In this document: in pieces, positions 1 to 10,059 of the stretch
How positions within the stretch are numbered: position 1 is the stretch's first letter
Layout: every line of letters begins with the position of its first letter
Assembly (NCBI GenBank): GCA_964520555.1
Contig: CAZFNN010000013.1
Location: 41,233-105,232 of the forward strand
Length of the DNA: 64,000 nucleotides
DNA from: an uncultured Ignavibacteria bacterium
Lineage (GTDB): Bacteria; Zixibacteria; MSB-5A5; CAIYYT01
Direction: 5' to 3'
Notes under the pieces: generated by a model
Told to the model about the DNA's origin: nothing
Database searches by the model: none
The model's input: only the letters and a program-made list of their open reading frames with translations
Made by a program: the position numbers and the translations under genes

Positions 1-98
1 TGTCATTGCGAGGAGCGAACCAATCTCAATCATGCCGGCAACAGCAACCGCGACAAAGCAATCTTGTTCGGTAGGTCAAGATCCCTGCGACGCTGACG
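1..98. repeat. hairpin-repeat elements at the window edge
   Basis: TGTCATTGCGAGGAGCGAAC (1-20) ... CGCGACAAAGCAATCT (49-64) is a copy of the 13183-13247 element. GTAGGTCAAGATCCCTGCGACGCTGACG (71-98) matches 62113-62140. Confidence 0.85.
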
Positions 99-111
99 CG
101 CTGACGTTACC

Positions 112-600
112 TCAATCGTCGCACTCCCATTCGCCGCCTACGGCCCTGCGACACTGCATAAACGCCGGTGCGTCGAATTGTACCTCATTGGTATCGATCA
201 AGTAGTAGTGCGAGAACACAAACGGAGATGGCGGAATCTTCTCCATATAATCAGGGACAAGCTCCGCAAGCCTGAGTGCTGGTTTCCCTTCGCGGCTCTG
301 GTGTTGCTCGAGCGCCACCAGGATCAGATCGCCGCGCTCTTTGGCGACGTCGTAGAGCGCGGAACTAATGAATCTCGCTGCCACCAACCCTGCGGCAACC
401 ATCAGAAACCCCGTTAGAATCACGGTCTTTCGTCGGTGCTTATTCCAGACCGCATAATACAGCCCGATCGGAATCGGCGCGAGAATACTCAAGAACAGCA
501 GATGGTTGAATACGCTTATCCCAACGACATAGGTCGACCCCAACACTCCCACCACGCAGGTGACCGCCTGAGCCGCCAGAGCCAGCGTCAACCGATTCAA
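112..600 (-). CDS. small integral membrane protein, function unknown
   Basis: 162-aa ORF with a TTG start, 3 nt downstream of the acyl-CoA dehydrogenase stop. The N-terminal half has hydrophobic helices. No family recognised. Confidence 0.45.
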   Translation of the reverse strand: MNRLTLALAAQAVTCVVGVLGSTYVVGISVFNHLLFLSILAPIPIGLYYAVWNKHRRKTVILTGFLMVAAGLVAARFISSALYDVAKERGDLILVALEQHQSREGKPALRLAELVPDYMEKIPPSPFVFSHYYLIDTNEVQFDAPAFMQCRRAVGGEWECDD

Positions 601-603
601 CGA

Positions 604-1806
604 CTACCCCTCCCACTTCGGCGGCAGACAACGCACCTCGTGATCGTTGCGGAAACCCAGAAAATAATCCGCCTGCATCAACTTGTGAATCTCGCGCGTG
701 CCCTCGTAAATCGCCGCGCCCTTCGCGTTGCGGAAGAAGCGCTCCACCGGATACTCATCCGAGAAGCCATATGCCCCGTGAATCTGCACCGCATTGTACG
801 CCGCCTTCTCCGCCTGATCGGTGCAAAACCACTTGGCCAGCGAGGTCTCCCGCGTCGAACGCATCCCCTTGTTGCGCAGCCAGCCGACCTTCATCCACAG
901 GTATTGCCCCGCCTCGTAACCGTAGATCATCTCGGCGAACATCTCTTTCACCAACTGGTGCGCCGCAATCGGCTGCTGAAACGCCTTGCGCGTCAGGGAG
1001 TATTCCTTGCAGGCATCCATGCACGCCTTGATCAACCCCGTTGATCCCGCCGCCACCGTGTAGCGTCCGCCGTCAAGACACGACATCGCGATCTTGAAAC
1101 CCTCGCCCTCGAAGCCGAGCAGATTCTCCACCGGCACTTCGACATCCTGCAGCGAAATCCATCCCGTCTTGCCCGCGCGCACCCCCAGCTTGCCGCTGAT
1201 TGATCCGGTCGTCACGCCCTTGAAATTGCGCTCGACAATAAACGCCGACAGCCCCGTGTGGTCGCGCTTTTTCTGCTTCTCGGTATCGGTCCAGGCGAAG
1301 ATCAGAAACATGTCGGCGACTTCCGACAACGATATCCACATCTTCTCGCCGTTAAGGATATACTTGTTGCCCGCCTTCTTCGCGGTCGTGAGAATCCCCA
1401 CCGCATCCGATCCCGCCGCCGGCTCGGTCAGCCCGAACGTCCCGATCTTCTCGCCTTTCGCCTGCGGAATCAGGTACTTCTCCTTCTGCATCTCGTTGCC
1501 CCAGGTCAACAGCGTCAGGGAATTGAGCCCGATGTGCACCGAGAAGATCACCCGCGCAGACGTGTCGATATACTCCATTTCCTCGCACACCAAGCCCAGC
1601 GAGATGTAATCCAAGCCCATGCCGCCGTACTTCTGCGGGATGCAGACTCCGAGCAATTCCGCATCCTTGAGCCGCTTGATGAATTCCGGATCGTTCTTGC
1701 CGGCGCGATCCAGCTCGGCGATATGCGGTTTCAGGTACTTGTGCGCCACGTCGCGTGCCATCTGCTGGGCACTAAGGTGGTCGTCGGTCAGTTCAAAATC
1801 AATCAT
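604..1806 (-). CDS. acyl-CoA dehydrogenase
   Basis: 400 aa. Motifs TFGLTEPAAGSDAVG and IYEGTREIH, with overall N/M/C architecture of acyl-CoA dehydrogenases (glutaryl/short-chain-like). Confidence 0.9.
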   Translation of the reverse strand: MIDFELTDDHLSAQQMARDVAHKYLKPHIAELDRAGKNDPEFIKRLKDAELLGVCIPQKYGGMGLDYISLGLVCEEMEYIDTSARVIFSVHIGLNSLTLLTWGNEMQKEKYLIPQAKGEKIGTFGLTEPAAGSDAVGILTTAKKAGNKYILNGEKMWISLSEVADMFLIFAWTDTEKQKKRDHTGLSAFIVERNFKGVTTGSISGKLGVRAGKTGWISLQDVEVPVENLLGFEGEGFKIAMSCLDGGRYTVAAGSTGLIKACMDACKEYSLTRKAFQQPIAAHQLVKEMFAEMIYGYEAGQYLWMKVGWLRNKGMRSTRETSLAKWFCTDQAEKAAYNAVQIHGAYGFSDEYPVERFFRNAKGAAIYEGTREIHKLMQADYFLGFRNDHEVRCLPPKWEG

Positions 1807-1900
1807 GGTCTATCTCCAAGAATTCGTCTTTTCATGGTGTTCCGTGCGCCGCACCGCTCACACCTGCCCGAATCGGATACCTGCCCCTGTTGGCGCTTGT

Positions 1901-1960
1901 CCCCCTCTCCCTCTGGGAGAGGGGTTAGGGGTGAGGGCGCTCGTTCAACAAACACATTTC
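1901..1960 (+). repeat. about 58-bp direct repeat, copy 1
   Basis: CCCCCTCTCCCTCTGGGAGAGGGGTTAGGGGTGAGGGCGCTCGTTCAACAAACACATTTC. Confidence 0.9.
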
Positions 1961-2016
1961 ATTCGGTGCGCTCCGCCTGGTTCACTCCGGCCGGCGCGCC
2001 TGCGTTCAAGCTTCTT

Positions 2017-2075
2017 CCCCTCTCCCTCTGGCTGAGGGGTTAGGGGTGAGGGTGCCCGCTCAACAAACACATTTC
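2017..2075 (+). repeat. about 58-bp direct repeat, copy 2
   Basis: CCCCTCTCCCTCTGGCTGAGGGGTTAGGGGTGAGGGTGCCCGCTCAACAAACACATTTC. Ends 6 nt before a TATAAT and 14 nt before the TPR-like gene ATG. Confidence 0.9.
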
Positions 2076-2089
2076 GCCTTGTATAATCA

Positions 2090-3130
2090 ATGATGAATCG
2101 CCATCATCGCGCCATGTTGCGCCTTCGACTCGCTCTTCTCTCGATGCTGGTGTGCTCAACCTGCTCAACGGCTCTCACGCTCGACTCGGCCTACGTCTCC
2201 GAGCTCCGCCGCGGCATTGCCTTGACCATGACCGAGCAGTTCGACTCGGCGCGTGTCGTCTTCAAGCACCTGGTCGATCGCGAAGCCAACGACTTCGCGG
2301 CGCGGCTCTACCTGGCGGGCGTCGATCATGCTGAGATGCTCGATCGGGAAGAATACGACGGAAAGAAGAAACTCGAGAGCGACGCCGAACACGCCATTGA
2401 ACTGGCCAAAGACGCCCTCAAACGCGGCCACGACCCGGCCTGGGCGTATCTGACCATCGGCAATGCGCACGCTTACATCGCCTCGCTGGAGGCCAAAGCC
2501 GGCGGGTGGTGGTCGGCGATGCGACGGGGACTCAAGGCGAAAGGCGCTTACCTCGATGCCCTCAAAACCGACCCCACCTTGTACGACGCCTACCTTGGCC
2601 TCGGCACCTACCATTACTGGAAGTCCGCCAAGACGGAATTCATCAATTGGTTTCCGCTGGTCGGCGATCGCAAGGACGACGGCGTGCGCGAACTCGAACT
2701 CGCCGTCGATTCGTCCCTCTTTTCCGGCGACCTGGCGCTCAACTCGCTCGTATGGATTCATCTTCACCGCAAGCAGCCCGAGCGCGCGCTCGCCTGCGCC
2801 GAACGGCTGCACGCCCGCTATCCCAACAGCCGGCTCGTGAACTGGGGTCTGGCTTTCTCTCATTATGCCGCCGGCCGCTACCATGAAGCGCTCGATTACT
2901 TCGGCGCGATCATTGCTTCCCTGGAATCCGACTCGACGCAGAGCTACTACAACCTGATCGAGTGCCGCTCACAACGTGCCGAGATCTATCACCTCATCGG
3001 CGACACCGCGAGCGAACGGCGCGAATACGAACAACTGTTGTCATATCCCACCCCGCGCGCAGTTGCGGAGCGGCAGGAAAAGGCGATTCAAAAAGCTCGA
3101 AAAGTTCTGGCCGAATCAAGTCCGCGATAG
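2090..3130 (+). CDS. secreted helical-repeat (TPR-like) protein
   Basis: 346 aa. N-terminal signal-like segment LALLSMLVCSTCSTA, followed by helical repeat composition (YLGLGTYHYW, ALDYFGAII). Exact family not identified. Confidence 0.65.
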   Translation: MMNRHHRAMLRLRLALLSMLVCSTCSTALTLDSAYVSELRRGIALTMTEQFDSARVVFKHLVDREANDFAARLYLAGVDHAEMLDREEYDGKKKLESDAEHAIELAKDALKRGHDPAWAYLTIGNAHAYIASLEAKAGGWWSAMRRGLKAKGAYLDALKTDPTLYDAYLGLGTYHYWKSAKTEFINWFPLVGDRKDDGVRELELAVDSSLFSGDLALNSLVWIHLHRKQPERALACAERLHARYPNSRLVNWGLAFSHYAAGRYHEALDYFGAIIASLESDSTQSYYNLIECRSQRAEIYHLIGDTASERREYEQLLSYPTPRAVAERQEKAIQKARKVLAESSPR

Positions 3131-4513
3131 GACATCCGCCGGCTCACGATATATCCCGTGTCTGGCCACCGCGGCCGCCAAACCCAGTGCAATCCAGAAG
3201 TAATTGTTGATGGCCCCCTTGCCGAAAACAACGCCACCCTCGAAGAGGCCGTTGGCGAGCGCGCCGAGCACCAGCGCAACCGCTGCCGATTGAACCATTC
3301 TTTCCGACGCGTTTGACGCACCTCGCTGCGCGCGCAGGAAATAACGAATTGTCACCAGATAGAATACAGCGGCAAGAATCAGTCCCGGGATTCCCGTCGA
3401 GACCGCATGAACCAGAAATTGATTGTGGGGTAGGAAATCCTTGGTCCGCTTCTCTCCGAACACGTACAACACCCCCGGGTCGCGCACCATCAACCGGCCG
3501 ACGACCTCATGCTGCTTCAATCCGTACCCTTGGCCAAAGAGCGGGTTGTCCGCGACGGCGTTGGCCGCGGCCGCCCAAAGTAGCGTTCGATGCGTTGCCC
3601 CTCCCTTGAGGCGGGCGGCAGTCACCACCATTTCTCGCGCCGAAGGAGTCATCATTACGATCAGGCCCAGCAGCGCGGCCGACCACGCGATCCGCCGCAA
3701 CCACCGCCATTGCCGCTCCAACACCAGAAAGGCGAGCGCCTGCACGACCAGGTTCAATATCGCCGCGCGCGACCACGTCATTCCCACGGCCACCAGCGCA
3801 GGACAGGTGCAGGCCAGGGCGAAAAGCTTGAGCATCCGTGAACGCGCGGCATAGGCCAGGACGATCGCCATCGGCAGCGCGAAACTGACAAATATGCCGA
3901 AGCTGTTGGCATTGTTGAAGAAACCGCGGACGCGAAAGAAGCCTTCGGTCCAGAGCTGCAACAGCGAATACAGCGAGGAGGCGGCTACGCTGGCCAGGAA
4001 CGTGATCCCGACCAGTAACAGCGCCCGCCGGTCGCGCACACACTCGCGCGTCACCATGAACAGCAGCAACAGGATCGCGAATCGAACAATCTCAATCAGG
4101 GTCTCGGTCGGATGGGTCGCCCCCGGCACGCAAACCAGGCTCCAGGCGAGCAGCGCGGCGGCCGCGCGGATCGGCAGCGGGGGCGACCAATCCCAGGCTT
4201 CGCCGACGGCAACCTTGCGCAGCAGCGCGATGACCAGGAATCCGAAGGTCACGAACCACTTGAGGAGATAGAGCGACGTGTCGGTTAGTTGCGGAATAGT
4301 CTCAAACGGACTGGTCAGGCTGACTGCCGCGATCACACCGGCGGACGAGACGATTAGCAACGGCAGCAGCACGGTCGCCAGACCGGTAAACATAATCTGC
4401 AGCGGCGACAGGAACACACTGCCGGCCAGACTTGCCGCGCCGGCAAAGGCGGGGAGCGCCAAGCCCAGTCCGTCAAATCGCCGTGACGTTGCCGTTACCG
4501 GATTGTCTGCCAT
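3116..4513 (-). CDS. O-antigen ligase/polymerase family membrane protein (Wzy_C-like)
   Basis: 465 aa and polytopic. Motifs MTWSRAAILNL and HNQFLVHAVSTGIPG are typical of the O-antigen ligase/Wzy family. Confidence 0.8.
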   Translation of the reverse strand: MADNPVTATSRRFDGLGLALPAFAGAASLAGSVFLSPLQIMFTGLATVLLPLLIVSSAGVIAAVSLTSPFETIPQLTDTSLYLLKWFVTFGFLVIALLRKVAVGEAWDWSPPLPIRAAAALLAWSLVCVPGATHPTETLIEIVRFAILLLLFMVTRECVRDRRALLLVGITFLASVAASSLYSLLQLWTEGFFRVRGFFNNANSFGIFVSFALPMAIVLAYAARSRMLKLFALACTCPALVAVGMTWSRAAILNLVVQALAFLVLERQWRWLRRIAWSAALLGLIVMMTPSAREMVVTAARLKGGATHRTLLWAAAANAVADNPLFGQGYGLKQHEVVGRLMVRDPGVLYVFGEKRTKDFLPHNQFLVHAVSTGIPGLILAAVFYLVTIRYFLRAQRGASNASERMVQSAAVALVLGALANGLFEGGVVFGKGAINNYFWIALGLAAAVARHGIYREPADVLSRT

Positions 4514-4532
4514 CTACGGTTTGCCGCCGCGT

Positions 4533-5717
4533 TTAGCCCAACGGCCCTTTGCGGATCGTCCGGTAGTGCTCCGCCAACGACGCCAGAATCTTGCCGGTGT
4601 TGCTGTTGAGATTCGCGGCTTGATCCTGGACGACCGCCACGGCGACAGCCAGTATCAGGCTAAGGAGAAACGCGCTCACGACCATCACCTTCTTGCGTGG
4701 CCAGATCGCCTCCTCCGGCGGCAGCGCTCGATCCAGTACGGCGACTACGGGGACGTCTTTCTTGGACTGAATCTGCGCGATCTCCCATTGCTGGTACAGC
4801 ATCTCGTAGGTCATCTCCTGAATCTTGAGATCGCGCATCAACTCGGCATAGCGCAGCGTCAGGTCCGGAATACGGTTCAGCGGAATGTCCATCGCCGATG
4901 CGGTCGAATCGCCTGGGTCGCGTTTGCCGATTTCCAATTGCTGCAGCTTCTCGCGCAGCGCGCTGATCTTGGCACTGAGCTGCGTCAGTCCGGGATAATT
5001 TTCGTCGAACTGCCGCCGCAGCAGCTTGTACTCGATTTCGGTCATATTCAGTTCCGCCTGCTGCTGCGCGATGATATCGATCATCGCCTGCGACTGCGCG
5101 TCCAGCGAGATCGCCATGTTCTCGCGCTGGAACGCCAACAGCGCGCCCTGTGCCTTTGCCAGGGCGGTCTCCGTTTCCCGCACCCGCTGTCCGAGGAACT
5201 CACCGAAGAACTGGTTCTTCTGAATCTGGATTTCGGAATTGACTGCATTCAGTCCCGCGACCATCGTGTTGGCGAGCGCCGCCGCCAACTCCGGAGTCCG
5301 GGCCTGCGTCTGCAGTCTCACGATGCCTTCGGGGGTCACCTCCGTCGTGAAACTCTCGCGCAGCTTGCCGAGCGCCTGCAGCCGTGTATCGCTGTCGTAC
5401 TCGACCATGAGATTCAGCGAATCGACCGTGCGCAACAGGACCGTCTCCGATTCCAGGATGCTGGCATAGAGATCGGAGGGTGTCGCCATGAACGGCAACG
5501 CGAAGCTGGCGGCCGCTTGCGACAAATTGGCCCCGACGGCGCCCAGCAGTCCCGCGATCGGTGACTCCTCCTGCGGCGGCAGCATCGTGCAGACGGCCGC
5601 GTATTTGCGCGGCAGCAGCAGACTGGCGACGATCGCGATCACCGTCACGATTAAGACCGTCAGAATGATCATGCGCCGGCGTTTGACCGCGATATCAAGT
5701 ACTGATAAAATCCACAT
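4533..5717 (-). CDS. polysaccharide chain-length determinant (Wzz/GumC-like, no kinase domain)
   Basis: 394 aa. N-terminal TM followed by LLPRKYAAVCTMLPP (Wzz N-domain signature), a long coiled-coil periplasmic region, then a C-terminal TM. Confidence 0.75.
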   Translation of the reverse strand: MWILSVLDIAVKRRRMIILTVLIVTVIAIVASLLLPRKYAAVCTMLPPQEESPIAGLLGAVGANLSQAAASFALPFMATPSDLYASILESETVLLRTVDSLNLMVEYDSDTRLQALGKLRESFTTEVTPEGIVRLQTQARTPELAAALANTMVAGLNAVNSEIQIQKNQFFGEFLGQRVRETETALAKAQGALLAFQRENMAISLDAQSQAMIDIIAQQQAELNMTEIEYKLLRRQFDENYPGLTQLSAKISALREKLQQLEIGKRDPGDSTASAMDIPLNRIPDLTLRYAELMRDLKIQEMTYEMLYQQWEIAQIQSKKDVPVVAVLDRALPPEEAIWPRKKVMVVSAFLLSLILAVAVAVVQDQAANLNSNTGKILASLAEHYRTIRKGPLG

Positions 5718-5818
5718 TTTCCTTTAGTTTTCCTCCCAGAGAGAACCTATGATATCGGGTAATCGGGCGCAGGTCAACCGAATAACAACGACGTCGTACT
5801 CCCGCAGTTTCCAACGGG

Positions 5819-7000
5819 CTATCGCAGCGTCGCGTCCAGTTGACTAACCAACCGCTCCGCGATCTTCTCCCACGTCTGCTCGGCAAGAAATGCCGCATGG
5901 CGCTGCCGCAATTCCGCCGGTCGCAGCGCCAGGGCCGTCTTGATCGCCGCCTCCCACTCCTCCGGGTGGCAGGCGACGGTGCGCACCAGCTCGTCGGGAT
6001 AACTTGCCAACAAGTCATTTGGAGAGCAGACCGATGGCACGCCCGCCGCCGCCGTCTCGTAGAATTTTAGTGGATTTGAGTGATAGATGAACTCGCTGGG
6101 CAGGTAAGGGAGCAGCCCGACATCGAATCCCGCCACGATCTCCGGCACGCGGTCGCGCGCTACTTCGCCCACGTAATGCGCGTTCGCCGCTGAGCCGAGC
6201 CAACGTGCAAAGTCGTTCCCCTGTTGCCGGCCGACAAAAACCAACTGCCACGCGGGATTGCGTTCGGCCAGCGCCTTGAGCAATGGCCAATCGAGCCGCT
6301 CCGAGATCACCCCCGCATATCCCAGGCGCGGCCGGGCAATCGCCTCAATCCGCGGATCAACCTTGGGGCGGTCGCGGTCGAATCGACTCAGCACCGATTG
6401 CGACAGGCCGTTACCCGAGAGCCAGGCCTGCCGATAATGCGGCGCATATCGCTGGAGTAGGGAGGGTGTCACACACAGCAAAACATCAACGTGCTGCCGA
6501 TAACTGACTTCCAGTCTCTGACCGATGTCATCCGCCCTGTCGTCGGCAGCCGCAAGATAGTCGTACATCTCGTAAACTGTCGGCGCCCCTGGGAAAAGAC
6601 CGGTAACATAACCCTGAACCGGATGATAGTACCACACCAGCGGCGGTTCCGGCCCCAGCCCGAGCCGGCCGCGCACTCGCGCGTACCAACCCCGTAGTGC
6701 TTGAACATTGCGGCGCGTGATCCACGGATATCGCCAGGCGACGATATCGGTGAGCCAGTACTTCGGCGAAGCCAGGAACAGATTTTCCGCCAATGGTTCG
6801 AGTTTCTCCGTCTTGAAGTATTCTGTCACGCGCTGCGGCTTGCGGAAGACGGTTGAGACCGGACAAAGCGGGCGATTCACCGCGATGACCGTGAAGCCCT
6901 TTTTCCGACCGACTGCCGCCAGTGCGCGGACTTCATCCTGTCGTGTGAAGCTTGACCAATCGGTCTTGTTGAAAATCAGAAAAACCCGAGGCAGCGGCAT
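5819..7000 (-). CDS. glycosyltransferase (GT-B, family 1/4-like)
   Basis: 393 aa. The C-terminal half (YLPSEFIYHSNPLKFYETAAAGVPSV) resembles the nucleotide-sugar binding region of GT1/GT4 enzymes. Sits in a cluster with the Wzz/Wzy-like genes. Confidence 0.6.
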   Translation of the reverse strand: MPLPRVFLIFNKTDWSSFTRQDEVRALAAVGRKKGFTVIAVNRPLCPVSTVFRKPQRVTEYFKTEKLEPLAENLFLASPKYWLTDIVAWRYPWITRRNVQALRGWYARVRGRLGLGPEPPLVWYYHPVQGYVTGLFPGAPTVYEMYDYLAAADDRADDIGQRLEVSYRQHVDVLLCVTPSLLQRYAPHYRQAWLSGNGLSQSVLSRFDRDRPKVDPRIEAIARPRLGYAGVISERLDWPLLKALAERNPAWQLVFVGRQQGNDFARWLGSAANAHYVGEVARDRVPEIVAGFDVGLLPYLPSEFIYHSNPLKFYETAAAGVPSVCSPNDLLASYPDELVRTVACHPEEWEAAIKTALALRPAELRQRHAAFLAEQTWEKIAERLVSQLDATLR

Positions 7001-7221
7001 CGCATGTCCCTTTCTTAGGGCTCGACAGTATAGCGTTGCGCACCCAATCTAACAAACGCGAAATCTCCACTACGGTCTCGGGCGCGCCCACTTCGCCACT
7101 TCACCTGGCTGCGCTCCAGCACCACCGTCGCCTGGCGGTCGCGTCCTCAACACCTCGTTTGCTCACGCCATTGTTACCTGCGGCCGCAAATCCCCATTTT
7201 TCCGATCCTCATCTAAAGCAT

Positions 7222-7250
7222 TTGACCCAGTCATTGGATTTCAATAGATT
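7222..7250 (+). promoter_or_regulatory. putative sigma70-type promoter for the STAS gene
   Basis: TTGACC (7222-7227), 17-nt spacer, TAGATT (7245-7250), in an AT-richer divergent spacer. Confidence 0.3.
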
Positions 7251-7335
7251 AAATATCTGGCAAGCCGGTTGGCTGCCGCATCCGACTGGTACATTTGTCG
7301 TGTCAGCGGTAGGTTGGGACCATTCAGGAGGACTG

Positions 7336-7680
7336 ATGAAAGTTACCGTCTCAGAAAAAAACGGCGTGAGCGTCGTCTCCGTGTCGGGCAAGATGATGGG
7401 CGGCCCCGACACCGGCGAACTCGATGAAAAACTCTATGCGCTGCTCGCCAAGGGCAACAAAAACGCCGTCGTCGACCTGCTCAACTGCGAATGGATCAAT
7501 TCGTCCGGCTTGTCGATCCTGATTCACCACTACAAAAAATTCAAGGACGCCGGCGGCGAACTCCGGCTGGCGAATCTGACCGACAAAATCGAACGCATCA
7601 TGGTCATCTCGCGTCTGACCGAGGTCTTCTCGGTGCACGATACCTTGGATGACGCCGTCGCTGCCGCCCGCAAGGGTTAG
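7336..7680 (+). CDS. STAS-domain anti-sigma-factor antagonist (SpoIIAA-like)
   Basis: 114 aa from ATG 7336, preceded by AGGAGGA. Motif run VSVSGKMMG...VVDLLNCEWINSSGLSILI...GGELRLANL. The upstream 300 nt of tracked ORF 7036.. has no coding support. Confidence 0.8.
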   Translation: MKVTVSEKNGVSVVSVSGKMMGGPDTGELDEKLYALLAKGNKNAVVDLLNCEWINSSGLSILIHHYKKFKDAGGELRLANLTDKIERIMVISRLTEVFSVHDTLDDAVAAARKG

Positions 7681-7719
7681 GCGGCCGTTCCTCAACTCAA
7701 AGGTCGGGAGGGCTCCCGC

Positions 7720-10047
7720 ATGTTCAGTCGAATCGCCGTTCCCGCAATTGCGGCCATAGTCCTCGCGTGCTGTGTGCCGGCTAATGCCGCCTATGAACGC
7801 GACCTGGCCGAATTGGCCGACAGCCTCCGCCACCTGGCGCCCGATCCGGCCGCCACAGCCGGCATCAGCAACATCAAGCTTGTTCGCGGGGGCATTAGCT
7901 TCACTCTGGAGTCCGGAACGCTCGCACTGGCCAGTCCCGTTGCCGGCCGCCGTCTCGGGGCAGTCTTCACCGGCTCTGCCCATGTCAGCTTCGCACCCCC
8001 CAATCGCGCCGAACGCTACATGTTTCAGCGCCATTGCTCCGACTCGGTCGCGAATTGGGAAGTCAACGAAATCGGCTTCGTCTTCACCGACAGCACGATT
8101 GTCGAGTTAGCCGCCGCCGTTGGTGCGGCCACACCGGCTACGCTGACCAAGGGCTCGGGGCAGCTGGCCGCCCTGATCGATTACGTTGAAGACGACCTCG
8201 ATATTTCTTTCGCCGCCTTCCTCCTGACCAATCTGTTCCAGTCGGCGCGGCCGGGACGATTCCTCGCCCGCTTCCCGACCCCCTGCGGCAGCGGACTGAT
8301 CATCGTCGATCCCAATGAAGTCGAGGAAGTCCAATTCATCCGCCAGAGTCGCACTGGACAGGGAGCCTATCCCGAAATCGTTTCCAGCTTCCACCTGCCG
8401 GAGCAGTACGAAGGCCACCGCTGGGGTCCCGACCGCGAAAACAAAGACGAAATCGACAGCCTCGACTATCGCATCGACTGCAAAATCTGGCAGTCCGCTA
8501 AGTGCGATCTGATCGTTGACCTTGCCTTCACCGCCACCGTCGATTCGCTCCGCGTGCTCAGCTTCACCCTCTTCGATGATTTAATGCAGGAGACCATCCG
8601 CGTCTCCGACTCGCGCGGTGATTCGCTCTACTGGCTCAAGCTGAAGGATGAATACGGCATCACCGTCGCGCTGCAGAAACCGCTGCTGCGCGGCGAACGC
8701 GAAACTTTGCGCTTCACTTATTCCTCCAAGGGCATGCTCGCTAAGACACCGTGGGGCAATAATGTGCTGGTCTCGGCCACGACCTGGTATCCGCGCTACG
8801 GCTATCTCAAACGCGCCCACCATCGCCTCAAGTTCGCCGTGCCCAATCAGTACGAGTTTGTCGGCGTCGGCCGCAAGGTCAACGAAGCTGTCGACGGTGA
8901 TTTCAAGATCTCCGAATGGGACTGCTCCGACTACCCAGTCGCTTTCGTCTCCTACAATTACGGCATCTTCGAGATCGACACTTCGTCGTTCGTCTCGACT
9001 ACCGGCCCGATCCCGCTGGCGGTCTATCGCAGCAAGTCGCATCGCGCTTCCACCAAGGACATGATGGAGAGCGTGCTGGCCGATGTCGCCGCCTCCGGTA
9101 CGCTGTACTCTTTGGAAGTGCATCCGTACCCCTTCGCTTCGCTGGCCGTCACCGAAATTCAGTCGGGACACGGACAAGGCCTGCCCGGCTTGCTCCATCT
9201 TGCTTACAGCACCTTCGATCAGACCTCGCCCTTCGCCTTCGACGATGCCTTCCGCGCCCATGAAGTCGCCCACCAGTGGTGGGGACACCTGGTCGGCTGG
9301 AAGACCTACCACGACCAATGGCTCTCGGAAGCCTTCGCCGAGTATTTCAGCGCCTGGTACATCCAGCGCAAGTATCTTAATGATAAGGAACATCGCGGCC
9401 GCTTTTTCGATCTGCTCGATCAGTGGCGCGACGACGTCTTTCAGTCCGGTTCCTACACCCAGGGCGGCTGGCAGACGGCTTATCAAGAGGGCAATAATGC
9501 CGGCCCGATCTGGATGGGTCAACGCCTGCAATCCTCGAATTCGTCCGACTATGCCACCCTTGTCTACAGCAAAGGCGCCTACGTGCTCTACATGCTGCGG
9601 ATGATGATGTTCGATTTCGTCAAACGCGATGACAGCAACTTCCGCGCGCTGCTCGGCGACTTCCTCAAAGAATATCAGTGGCGCGAAGCCACCACCGCCG
9701 ACTTCCAACGCGTCGCTGAGGAACATTTCGGCAAGCGGCTCGATTGGTTTTTCGATCAGTGGGTCTACGGCGTCGAACTGCCCGAATATGAATGGCGTGC
9801 TGCCGTCCGCGAGCAACCCGACGGCAAGTTCGCGGTCGATGTCTCCGTCACTACGAACGGTGTCAGCGACGGGTTCCGTATGTTGATCCCGTTTACGATC
9901 CTGATGGCCGGTGAATATCACACCACCACGCGGCTCGATATTGATCAGCTCCGGCAGACCGTGACCATCTCCAACCTGCCCTACAAGCCGGAGAAGTTCG
10001 TTTTCAACAGCTTCAAATCGGTGCTCTGCAAAGAGAAGCAGAAGTAG
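7720..10047 (+). CDS. M1-family zinc metallopeptidase (aminopeptidase N-like), secreted
   Basis: 775 aa with a signal peptide. Gluzincin motif HEVAHQWWGH followed 18 residues later by E (WLSEAFAEY). Confidence 0.85.
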   Translation: MFSRIAVPAIAAIVLACCVPANAAYERDLAELADSLRHLAPDPAATAGISNIKLVRGGISFTLESGTLALASPVAGRRLGAVFTGSAHVSFAPPNRAERYMFQRHCSDSVANWEVNEIGFVFTDSTIVELAAAVGAATPATLTKGSGQLAALIDYVEDDLDISFAAFLLTNLFQSARPGRFLARFPTPCGSGLIIVDPNEVEEVQFIRQSRTGQGAYPEIVSSFHLPEQYEGHRWGPDRENKDEIDSLDYRIDCKIWQSAKCDLIVDLAFTATVDSLRVLSFTLFDDLMQETIRVSDSRGDSLYWLKLKDEYGITVALQKPLLRGERETLRFTYSSKGMLAKTPWGNNVLVSATTWYPRYGYLKRAHHRLKFAVPNQYEFVGVGRKVNEAVDGDFKISEWDCSDYPVAFVSYNYGIFEIDTSSFVSTTGPIPLAVYRSKSHRASTKDMMESVLADVAASGTLYSLEVHPYPFASLAVTEIQSGHGQGLPGLLHLAYSTFDQTSPFAFDDAFRAHEVAHQWWGHLVGWKTYHDQWLSEAFAEYFSAWYIQRKYLNDKEHRGRFFDLLDQWRDDVFQSGSYTQGGWQTAYQEGNNAGPIWMGQRLQSSNSSDYATLVYSKGAYVLYMLRMMMFDFVKRDDSNFRALLGDFLKEYQWREATTADFQRVAEEHFGKRLDWFFDQWVYGVELPEYEWRAAVREQPDGKFAVDVSVTTNGVSDGFRMLIPFTILMAGEYHTTTRLDIDQLRQTVTISNLPYKPEKFVFNSFKSVLCKEKQK

Positions 10048-10059
10048 CTTCGTCCGTCG

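Noticed and set aside
2082-2087. Perfect TATAAT 2 nt upstream of the ATG of the TPR-like gene.
   Set aside because: It is too close to the annotated ATG to serve it as a -10 box unless translation starts at a downstream Met (2114). I could not find a convincing -35, so it is left as a note only.
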